Source: a virus (Duplodnaviria; Heunggongvirae; Uroviricota; Caudoviricetes). From it: DNA of 54,109 bases. Each line of letters starts with the position of its first letter. Position 1 is the stretch's first letter. A program made the translations under genes and the position numbers. The stretch lies in the IMG/VR virus record IMGVR_UViG_2937142334_000003, one strand, 5' to 3'. The notes under the pieces were generated by a model, which ran no database searches, was not told where the DNA came from, and saw nothing but the letters and a program-made list of their open reading frames with translations. This document shows, piece by piece, positions 20,621 to 30,400 of this stretch.

Positions 20621-21758
20621 AAAGATTTTGAACTGCATTCTCATCACGATCCATAACTGCACCACACTCATAACAAATATATTCATTATGTTTGGTGTGA
20701 TGTTTTTGATTACCAGCTAATGTAATCTTATCTTCCTTAGTCTTGATGTGACCGCAGTCAGAACAACGTTGAGTACTAGGGTAGATTCTATCAGCCAAAA
20801 TAAGCTTCCTCCCATACCATTCACACTTATATGTGAGAACTTGACGGAAATAACCAAACATTGACCGTTGTAGTCCTTTAGAGGCCACATGACTCATCTG
20901 CATATTCTTAACTGCCAAGTCTTCAATCACAACTGTGTCATTTTCATTGATTAACTTAGTCGTAAACTTTTGAATCAAATCGTGCTGAATATTAGTAGCC
21001 TTACGATAATCACGTTGCAACTTGGCTTTCGTTACAAGATAATTATTACTTTGACTTGCTTCCTTACCATTCACTATTCGTTTACGGGCTAGTTGACGCT
21101 GATAGTGCTTGATGCGCTCATACAACTTACGCAATCTTTTAGGATAAGTATTAACCTTACCTTCTGTGTAATTCATATGTCCTACGTTGACATCGACAGC
21201 AGTTTTGAAATTAGTTGCAGGCTTTTTAGTGACATTCACTCCAAAAGGTAATGTTGCCCAATATTTATTATTTTCATGAAATACTGAAACAACTTTCAAA
21301 TCACCTTCTAATGACTTCGCGCCAACCATTTTAATATCTGCCCATTCTTTAACGCCTCGAGGTTTATCCAAGCGTAATTTCCCATTGACAACCTTGGCCC
21401 GATCAGTTTTAAAGCCCTGTCTTGGCTCTTTTTTAGACTTGAAATGTGGCATTCCCCAATCTGGCAAAGCTTTATTAAAAAAGTTTTGCCATGCTTTCCC
21501 TAAATCAGAAATTGCGAGTTGTAAGCAACGAGCTGAAAGATTATATTGCCAATCAGCCTTATCTGCCACTAGAGTATTACGTACTTTTCTTTCATTAGGA
21601 TATAATTTTTTGTCATCCATAATCAAAGATTCGTCATACATAGCGTTCCATAAGGCTAACCCTTGATTCCAGCAGTAGCGACGATAATCGCATAGTTTAT
21701 CGAGATGTTTTCTCATTGTCTGATTTGGATATAGTCTCACTATTTCTGTTCGTATCAC
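20607..21758 (-). CDS. tnpB: TnpB RNA-guided endonuclease (IS607 family)
   Basis: 383 aa; N-terminal HTH (RLYPN..MRKHL...RRYCWN), RuvC-I AVDVN, RuvC-II VIEDL, Zn finger CSDC..CYEC, RuvC-III DRDENA. Confidence 0.93.
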   Translation of the reverse strand: MIRTEIVRLYPNQTMRKHLDKLCDYRRYCWNQGLALWNAMYDESLIMDDKKLYPNERKVRNTLVADKADWQYNLSARCLQLAISDLGKAWQNFFNKALPDWGMPHFKSKKEPRQGFKTDRAKVVNGKLRLDKPRGVKEWADIKMVGAKSLEGDLKVVSVFHENNKYWATLPFGVNVTKKPATNFKTAVDVNVGHMNYTEGKVNTYPKRLRKLYERIKHYQRQLARKRIVNGKEASQSNNYLVTKAKLQRDYRKATNIQHDLIQKFTTKLINENDTVVIEDLAVKNMQMSHVASKGLQRSMFGYFRQVLTYKCEWYGRKLILADRIYPSTQRCSDCGHIKTKEDKITLAGNQKHHTKHNEYICYECGAVMDRDENAVQNLLALA

Positions 21759-22071
21759 TTATTTCACCACCTTTTAAGGCAACCCTTCTATCCAAAGCCA
21801 ATTTATTAAGTATATTTAGATCATCAATAAGTTCTGCCTTGTTAGCTGATTCAATCTTATGTAACTCAATCTGTTCCATATCATTAAAATTAGGCAGTTC
21901 GATATGCTTCGACTTACCAATATATTGTAGATATTGTTCTTCTGTATAATATCTTCGATTGGTTGGCGTTCTATACGCTTTTAGAATTCCCTTATTATCC
22001 CAACGTTGAAGTGTCAAAACTGTGACCCCTAACTTTTCAGCCATTTCTTTTGGTTTTAATATCTTGGACAT
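21697..22071 (-). pseudogene. tnpA: IS607 TnpA remnant: MerR-type HTH intact, serine-recombinase catalytic domain missing
   Basis: 124 aa; LKPKEMAEKLGVTVLTLQRWD..G.L...RTPTNRRYY HTH; no YARVS catalytic motif; ELIDDL C-terminal remnant. Confidence 0.8.
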
Positions 22072-22102
22072 AATATTCACCTCACATTTCCTTTCTGCGA
22101 AT

Positions 22103-22111
22103 ATTATATCA
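22103..22111 (-). promoter_or_regulatory. Extended -10 promoter in IS left end
   Basis: TGATATAAT upstream of the tnpA RBS. Confidence 0.55.
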
Positions 22112-22170
22112 CTTTTGATTATATTTGATCACATTTTATTTAATCATTAATAACCTCCTTGTTTAAAATC

Positions 22171-22232
22171 AAAAATAGCGTAAGCAAAAAGATGGACTAT
22201 CTCCTGTCCATTTCATTACTTGCGCTATTTTT
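22171..22232 (-). terminator. Long hairpin / intrinsic terminator
   Basis: AAAAATAGCGCAAGTAA / TTGCTTACGCTATTTTT outer stem plus ATGGAC/GTCCAT inner stem, ending in U5. Confidence 0.6.
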
Positions 22233-22251
22233 ATGTACCATTTTATTTTTA

Positions 22252-22860
22252 TTAACCAGCTTGTTTTTCGGAAGTTTGCGACTCTTCCTCTGGTTTTGCG
22301 TTTGCGTTTTCTTTTTCTTCAGCTTGTTTAATAGCCGTTTCCATCTTAACGATCTTATCTGATTGCTTATTGATCTCTTCGATTTGCTTACGTCCCTCGT
22401 CAGTCTTAGACTGTTTAGAAATAAACATAGCTAAAGCACTATCAGAAATCTCTTCGGTTTGATCTACCATATTACGTAATTCTAGATTATTCTTAAAGTT
22501 CATAATCATTAACGTATAGATATTCGTTACTACACTTGAAAGAACTGATGTAATCAAACTTAATTCCACTGTAGGATTTTCAATAATTTGAGCCATTTCC
22601 TCATCAGTCATTTCTGGATCAATTTCCAAATCTGTAAGAAGAGGAATTAGTTCCTTTAAGATTGTAGTTCCATTAATATCTAATAGATTTTCATCGGCAT
22701 TTTCTTGGTTAAATGCGTCTACCATTTCTTTAAGCTGCATTATCTTATTAACGTCATCTTTTGACGGTTCAAAGATTGTAACAGCACCCGTAGGTGTATT
22801 AATAACCTCAAGAATTTGTCGATTATTTGGATCATTATAAAAACTATTAAATTGTACCAA
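22252..22860 (-). CDS. Hypothetical protein, possible tail assembly chaperone
   Basis: 202-aa acidic helical ORF, TTG start, upstream of TMP. Confidence 0.5.
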   Translation of the reverse strand: MVQFNSFYNDPNNRQILEVINTPTGAVTIFEPSKDDVNKIMQLKEMVDAFNQENADENLLDINGTTILKELIPLLTDLEIDPEMTDEEMAQIIENPTVELSLITSVLSSVVTNIYTLMIMNFKNNLELRNMVDQTEEISDSALAMFISKQSKTDEGRKQIEEINKQSDKIVKMETAIKQAEEKENANAKPEEESQTSEKQAG

Positions 22861-22894
22861 TTGTGTACTCCGTTTCCCGTTCGTACCACACCGA

Positions 22895-22953
22895 TTATTC
22901 TACCAAATTATGCAAGCGCTGTCACAAAATTGCATCTATCGGTAACATTTTTT
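22895..22953 (-). promoter_or_regulatory. Repeated promoter/operator module, copy A
   Basis: GTGACA-N17-TAGAAT with extended TG; 33-bp core nearly identical to copies at 45379 and 46444. Confidence 0.7.
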
Positions 22954-23209
22954 ATTTCTTTTCTGTCTTAAAAGGAACTTCCACAGGCGTTGGATCGCTT
23001 AATACTCCAACCAATCCAAGAATAGTTAAGACTGTATTAGCAAGTCCAACAAAAGCAGTCACATCACCCTTGGGTTGAATTCCAAAGCAGGCAAATACCT
23101 GTTGAACGAATACAATGATTAGTGCTACCAAACCACTAATGATCTTCCCGTTAAGTGTTCCATCTGGCTTAACTACCTTATTTTTAATTAGATTCAATGC
23201 TTTTTTCAT
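22952..23209 (-). CDS. Holin (phiLC3-like)
   Basis: Start reassigned to ATG 23209 (RBS AGAGG); 85 aa, two TM helices, GVLSDPT motif, basic tail. Confidence 0.8.
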   Translation of the reverse strand: MKKALNLIKNKVVKPDGTLNGKIISGLVALIIVFVQQVFACFGIQPKGDVTAFVGLANTVLTILGLVGVLSDPTPVEVPFKTEKK

Positions 23210-23222
23210 TTTATTTACCTCT

Positions 23223-23489
23223 TTAGAATGGCGGGTGAATCCAAGATAAAACTGCAATTGCGGCACTGATAATGGCACCAATGGCAGTTCGTTGTGTCCA
23301 CTTTCGACCTTCCTTAAGTTCTTCAACTGCCGCGGAAAGCTCAACAATTTTTCCTTCATTCTTTTCACTTAAATGAATCGCCTCTTCCGCTTTGCGATCT
23401 GTATCTTCAACTTTTTTCAATCTCTCGTCAATTCGACCGACTTTTTCGTGAATCTCCATTAGTAGTTCAAGCTCTTTATCTTTGTCCAT
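23223..23489 (-). CDS. XhlA/BhlA-like holin accessory protein
   Basis: 88 aa from ATG 23489; N-terminal coiled coil plus one C-terminal TM helix (KWTQRTAIGAIISAAIAVL). Confidence 0.7.
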   Translation of the reverse strand: MDKDKELELLMEIHEKVGRIDERLKKVEDTDRKAEEAIHLSEKNEGKIVELSAAVEELKEGRKWTQRTAIGAIISAAIAVLSWIHPPF

Positions 23490-23605
23490 GCTGTCACCAC
23501 CGATCATAGCCGCCCCTAATTAAGGAACTGTGAATTTCTTAGGCGACGAAATATCCAGTATATTAGGTATTATCGAAAACCAAATATGCTGGTAAAATCC
23601 TTGTT

Positions 23606-23884
23606 TTACTTGATGTCTTTCTTTTCAGGATCGGTAGTTTTTTTATCAGCTTCAATTTCTGCATCGATAGCATCTTGTTGTTCGTATACATAATCTTGGA
23701 ATGCAGAAATATCCTTACGCACGTCTCGCTTGTTTGCGTTATATAAGTCTACATTTTGGACATACTGATTTACTGAGTCTGAACCACCGCTCGTTGATAA
23801 ACTAGCAGTCATGCGTACAACAGTAGTACCATTGATTACTGATTCACCAGTTAGTGATGTTGATTTAGTTTTGCGTAAAGCCAT
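23606..23884 (-). CDS. Hypothetical phage protein
   Basis: 92-aa ORF with GGGG RBS after the tail fibre cluster. Confidence 0.6.
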   Translation of the reverse strand: MALRKTKSTSLTGESVINGTTVVRMTASLSTSGGSDSVNQYVQNVDLYNANKRDVRKDISAFQDYVYEQQDAIDAEIEADKKTTDPEKKDIK

Positions 23885-23905
23885 GCTAATATTCCCCTTT
23901 TCTTT

Positions 23906-24118
23906 TTATTCCTCTGTTTTAGTTTCTTGCTTACTTTTGAGTAGCTGATTTTCATCAGAAAGTTGTTGGTTAGCTTGAGTTAATTGTTGAATTCTTGCAT
24001 TAAGTTCATCGATATCAACTTCGCGATTAACTAATTCAAGTTCTGCTAATGCTAACTTATTGATTAACTTACTTGCTACTTTTTCTGCCTTATCTGATTG
24101 TTGCTGTTGATTATTCAT
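23906..24118 (-). CDS. Small coiled-coil hypothetical protein
   Basis: 70 aa, overlaps the upstream gene's stop codon. Confidence 0.55.
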   Translation of the reverse strand: MNNQQQQSDKAEKVASKLINKLALAELELVNREVDIDELNARIQQLTQANQQLSDENQLLKSKQETKTEE

Positions 24119-24428
24119 TATTTACCTTCTTCTCTGCATTTAAGATGTTGACTAAATCTGGGTCCACACCATTCTCAATGCACAACCTTTTCTGTTCCTT
24201 TATAGCCTCAGCCATAAATGCTTGTTCTTCATCCTTAATTCGTTGTTTAAGTTCCATATTATATATAGGAGAACCATCGTCATTAAATCCTATGATTTGA
24301 GCAGATCCATATATTGCAGTCAAAGGAGATGGCGTTGATCCGTCTCCGTTCAAATCTGCTTGAATTGTGGCTATATTATTTCCATCATTATCTTTAATTG
24401 TTTTAATAAGCCGCACTACTTTATACAT
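24111..24428 (-). CDS. Hypothetical phage protein (fibre-associated)
   Basis: 105 aa directly after the tail fibre gene, GGAGG RBS. Confidence 0.6.
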   Translation of the reverse strand: MYKVVRLIKTIKDNDGNNIATIQADLNGDGSTPSPLTAIYGSAQIIGFNDDGSPIYNMELKQRIKDEEQAFMAEAIKEQKRLCIENGVDPDLVNILNAEKKVNNE

Positions 24429-24434
24429 ATATTT

Positions 24435-27400
24435 TTAGCCTCCATGATTCATTACCGATGCTGTAATATTCCATGCTCCTGTGTCAAGATCCCATGTGGA
24501 TCCAGAGGCAAAAGCTACTCCTGACATAATTCCGCCTTTGTCGTCAAATCTCATAAACGCTGGTTGATCCTGATTATTAAACATTCTTTGATGATGGACC
24601 CAGCCAAACGAGAATCTTAGACCGTTGAACCATATACTTCCAAGATCACTTATATCTCTATCACCGAATGGTTTAATTTGATCCCACAAAAAAGTAACTC
24701 CAGCATGTCCATAGCTATTTGGTCCATATCCTAATCGAATCGTTGGTTGGTACCTATCTGCCTGATAAGAGTTACTCCAATTTACTCGGTGAATCATCAG
24801 AGGATCATTACTCCATTTTCCATCCTCTTGGTCATTATCTCCTACATTGATTTTCTGATAAGATTGCAGGTTTATATCATCAAGGAAGTTAACACCTTTC
24901 CTTTTTCTTGTTTTTCCTAATTGCATATCCTTACTTGTCAATTCAAGTTGATTGATAATGTTACCAAGTTCATTTGGATCGTTATAACCTATATCAAGAA
25001 AATCAGCACCATGAAACTGTTCATTATCGGAACCGGGATTATATCTTATGCCAAGGCCACGACACTTACCGTTCCCTCCCCTAAACATCGCTCCAATATT
25101 GCCTATTGCAATTGGTGAACTTTGATTCATGTTTGGATTCCTATGCATTATGGTTATCATTGAACTGTCTATATTCATACGAAAATCACTCTTATACATT
25201 AAATCCATATTTCCATTACCAAGTAAGATAGAGCTACCATCAGAATTTTTTAACTGAATACCTTGATCACCAGTCATATCAATTAGCCCCTGTTTACCAA
25301 CAAGGCGAACTCTATCAGTTCTTAAATCACCATGGATATCAGTATTACCATCTATAATTATTTTTTTAGATGCAATCTTGATATTATCAGGTGTGATATT
25401 AATCGCAGAAACAATATTTTGAGGATCGGAATCGTACGGAGAAAGGCTCCACGGAGTAGCAACCATTCCATGTTCTAATTTCTGTGACCCCACATGAATA
25501 GTTCCATGATCTCTATTTAGCGCAGGACGTACACACAAATTTCCAGCATTCTTTACATAGAAAGTAGCACTATAATTAATCCATCGATTCTGGTCACCTT
25601 CACGTAACTGAGGTTTGCGAATATCTTGAACTTGAACAGTCCCGTTATACTGACTGTCACCCATATAAGGAACGACGAAATCATTACCGTCCAATCCATT
25701 CAGATATATCTGTGCACTCCATGTATATACACCTGGTGTCACATATACTGTTTGCCCTAAACCGTCCCAGGCAGCGTTACTCCTTCCATAAGCCTTATGA
25801 CCCAAATTATCTGTCCAATTGTCATCGTACCAGTGACCATCACTAATGTGGTTCCAATCATTGGGATTCCAATAGGCTGTCGACTTAAGAAGATTTACTC
25901 CTTTATCTTTATCGTCAAATGGATGTGGTGTCCAAGGAGTAGCAATCGCCCCTCGTTCAATTTTTACATTCTTAATACGAACGTCAAAATTATCTCTAAA
26001 ATAGATTATGAATGCTTGATCGAGCGCCTGAATTGTCCCCGTAACCGAAACTCTAGCCCATTCACTAGGCACGTTTACCCCATTTAACGTGATTGGTGGT
26101 TTTTCTGGTTCGCTTTCATTGTGAACTGTTGAAAATTTACCTGAACCTTTTATATCAAATGAAAATGTATATTGTTCGCCAACTTGAAGTTGTCCGTCTG
26201 GGAACGCTCCACCCCATCGAGTGTAGATACCTCCACCTTTACTTCCCCATAAATGAAAAGCAATAGAGGTATCATCAAATCGCTCAAAGCTTGTATTAAA
26301 ATCTCCATTGAAACCAATTCCAGTAGGCCAACTGAAATCGGCAGTACCTCTTAAAAGATTTTGTCCACTACCTTGATCTTCTGGTGCTGGTTTCCAAACA
26401 GAACTTTGTGTACCTTCCACAATCATTAAATTAGCAATGTTGACTATATTAGAGTTACCTAAAGCAATACTATTTATGTAAAGAGCCTGCCCGTTATTTT
26501 CTATACTGCCACTGGTCTTATAGGTGCGTGTCACATGAGTAATTTCGCCACCCTTTGTGGTAATATTGCCGCCACGTCCATATATAAATGGGCTACCTGA
26601 CGAATCTCCTCTAGCTAAATCAATTATTGCTCCACCATTTGTATCCTCACTTGTTTGCAAATCAAAGCTTATTGTGTAATAAGTGTTCGGCTTTAATTTC
26701 CCCATATCAAAGGGGTAACAAACAACCCACCAAGATGTACTTTTCTTTGTATTGTTTATATGAAGACCTTTGACACCATTTAGAAGAGCTACATCAGTAC
26801 TTACTGATCCATTTCCAGGATCAACCCACCATCCAGCTTTCCCTCGATTGGTTCCAACAGCTAAATTACGTTCTCCAACTTGAGCATTCGTTACACGGTT
26901 ATCAATACTATTTACCTGGTTCTGAATTCCATTCGTAATATTATCCCGAACAGCCTGCAAAGTAATTGCATCACTCTTCATTTGAAACTGTGTCTGCGCC
27001 CATGACTGTGTGGCGTAACCTTTGCCATTCAAGATATCATTAACCTGTGTTTCGGTTACTTTACCTTGAATTTGACCATTAGCTACGTCCCATTTAGTGT
27101 TTAACTCACTGATTTTCTCAGCAACTTGTGGGTTTTGTCTTCTAATATGCGGTTTTGCAATCCATGACGAATTTTCTGTATTGTTTGCTGGCTTATCCAT
27201 CTGGTACCAAGGTTTAGCAAATGCAGCATTAGCAGGGGCTGTTATAGTTCCAGTGTAGTGTTTCCATTGACCCGACTGGTCAGAATTAATTCCCTGCCAA
27301 TTCCAATTTACTTTATCTTTATCTGCAAAGACTAAGCCAAATGCAGTATAGAATGCTGGTGAAGGAGCACACCAGTAATCAACATCAAACTTTTCACCCG

Positions 27401-30400
27401 GCTTAACGGAATACCAAATTCCATCTTCATAACCATCACGAGTATTAGTTTGTAAAACCTTCATTCCGGGCTGCCCTAACTCTGCTGGCGGTGCTGGATT
27501 AGTTGCACTCACAACACCAGTAACAGTCCAGCTACCTTTACTCCCATCTTCAAAATCACTTTTTCTTACCAGTTCAACATCATTTGAGTGTTGTTCTTTG
27601 GCTTCATTTTCAAAGTTATTTTGTCGTGTTGTAATAGAGTTAACTTGAGTTGTAACCCTATCACCAAGATTCTTAACGGAAGCTGTAACCTCAGTTTTTA
27701 CATTATTAACATCACTTATATAGGCACCTTGTTCCCAACCAGACCATGAATTACCAAATAATCTTCGGTACATATGCCTACTGCCAGTATCTTGATAAAC
27801 ATCTTGACGAATGCGGTCATTATTATTCCCTGTTACATCTACATAAACCCAACCATCAATTGGATTTCCTGTAAGATTTCTTACAAAATAATGACCTTGA
27901 GTTTTCATCTCATCAATATTGGCGGAATCAAGGGTTTGAGTATCTATCTTCCTGTTAGTGTTAGTTATTTGTTGATTTACGTCGTCTGGATTAGGACTCC
28001 AACTTCCGGCTAGTTTTCCTTCAACTAATCTTTCATCTTTAACTTGGACTTGACTATTAGCTGGCGCGCCTCCCCCATCAAAAATTACATAAGTCCTTAT
28101 ATACCAGGTGGCTCCTGAAATTTGGAATGAGGCGCTTACTCTCTTATCTTTTTCTCCAGGATAAACATCTGCGCTATGCGTAGCTAGTGGTATGGGAGCA
28201 ATGCTATTTGGGTCTAGAGCCGCTTTATTTTGATCAAACAACCACGTCTCTAATGTGACGTTTTTAGTGGAGTTATTGGTGACAGTTGCAGCATAAGTAA
28301 ACCAATCTCCTCCATGATAATTAGCAGTTGAAGTATAAATATCTGAAGCAGTTGACTGGCATAGATATCCGTCCCCAGTTAAAGTTTTATATTGATCACT
28401 AGTGTTATGAAGTAAATTTCGTGTACCCGTATTACGTAGATTATCTCCCAATCTATCTACATCATTCTTCACATTAGTAATCTTAGTTACCGTTTGTTCA
28501 ATACCATCCGATGTAAATTTCTCGCTGGCTGTTTTAACTTCGTTAACTCGCTTATTTAATTTGTCATCAAATGACGTGGTAAGTTCATTAACGTGAATAT
28601 TAATTTGTTCACTTGCGACTTGAATAGCTGCTTCTTTAGCAGATTTAATTTCCGCGGAGGTATCTTCAGGAGCTGGCGACCAAGATGTTGATTTATTCCC
28701 TAACTCTAATTGTGGGTGATGATAAGTCGTCGCAAAATCCTTACCTTCAATTTTTCCCATATGTCCGGCGTACAACCAGACACTATAACTTGTCCCGTCA
28801 TTAGGGACTGTAAATGTTTTTGAGTGCCGCTTACCATCTGCTGGAAAGTAAAAATTCGCGTTCCCAACTTCTTTATTGCTTGCAGAATTCCAAATTCTCA
28901 CTGAGGCTTCCTGGACACTATTAGTGTTCGTAGCAGAAACAGAAAAAGTATATGTTTCCCCAGGAGTTAAATCCCAATAAATCGCTCGATTACACCAAGC
29001 TGGCCACGCATCCGTTGTTTTGGATTCAATAACGATATCTGTTTCGCTATTTTTTACCAAATTAACTCCGCCAACTTGAACATTATCTACTGCACTCTTA
29101 ATATCCCTTGTTACATCAACAGAGTTTGCTTTAATTGCAACTTCTTTAGCATTCTGCTCAATCTTTGTATTCTGTTTAAGAATTTGTTGGTTAATATCAT
29201 CTGGATTGGGCTCATAAGCTCCATCGTCAATAGAAGATAATCTTGCAGAGAAATTAGTGAAGTACAAATCCCCATTACGTATTAAATGAGCTTTTACTGT
29301 CATGTATTGGGCATCATTACGATCAATGCCTAAACGATACAGTCCACGGTGAACTTTATGATCGTCTAGTAAATTCTTACTTAACCCTAATTCACTTAAT
29401 GTAACGAATCTAAAATCTACACGTTTCTTAGCATCGTTATAGAGTTCTAAAAACAAAACAGATTCATTGTCTAAAGTTGCTTTGTCGCCAGACTTAATAT
29501 CAACGGCAACAGTCACTTTACCCTGTTTGACGTTGAAGTAGTTACTCGTTAATCCTTGAGGATTATCAGTAGTTAATCCCGATTGTGTTAATTCAACCCA
29601 ACATAGCCCATTCTCGTCTTGACGTACATTAGCTTTTGTGGACACATTTTGCCATTGTGCAAAGTCTTCATCTTTATTCTGAAATGAACTATTCCTAATA
29701 AGGTTCAATGTACTATCACTTATTTGACCAACGGCTTTATTCGTATAAGTCTCATACTCAGACTTCATATGGTCCGCAGTTCGCTCTAGATCGCCACGAA
29801 GTTTTGTAATATCACCATTGGTATCTTTTAAGGATTCTGATACTTGTTTAACCCCTTCAGCGGTCTGCGTTACTTCTGTACGTAACTTTTCTTGGGTATC
29901 ACCTTGTTGGCGTTGCTTTTCGGTTAGAGCTTGAATCTTATCATTATAGACATTGAATTGTGCCTCTGATTTTTCTACATAGTCACCGACATCTTCTTGA
30001 TTAGGTTCCCATGGAGTTGATGTCTTTCCAATTTCTAATTGATAACCGCAAACAAAGATAGGATTATTGCTATTCGAGATAATATGAGGATAAATCGTAC
30101 AATCCTCACTTGGAGTAAAGGTTAAGTCATATCTCTTGAAATCAGAGTTGATATCTTCAATATCTTTACGCCACACATCAATTTTGGCATCAAGGCTAGT
30201 ATCAATATTATCCTTGGCAAGGATGATTTGTGGCTTATTACTATCGTCCAAAGTATCCATCTTTGCGAAAAGACTAAAAGTATATGTTGTTCCAGCCTTT
30301 ACGTCATAAGCTTGTTGGATACCTTCAATTGGACTATTTTGTTTGGCGACCAGGAATCCCTTCCAAGGATCGCTACATATTTCAACATGCTCTCGTTGCT

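Larger units (their letters stand above)
20418..22155 (-). mobile_element. IS607-family element (non-autonomous: truncated tnpA plus tnpB)
   Basis: GG core at both junctions (plus-strand TAATAACC at 20410-20417 and 22148-22155); 23-bp subterminal inverted repeat at 20424-20446 / 22117-22139 (1 mismatch). Removal restores AAGGAGG-TTATT-ATG. Confidence 0.85.

Noticed and set aside
20607-21758. Nuclease-dead TnpB (TldR-like regulator)
   Set aside because: All three RuvC acidic residues and the Zn finger appear present.
20418-22155. IStron (IS607 plus group I intron)
   Set aside because: Only about 80 bp lie between the left end and tnpA, and no intron core (P3/P7) was recognised in the element.
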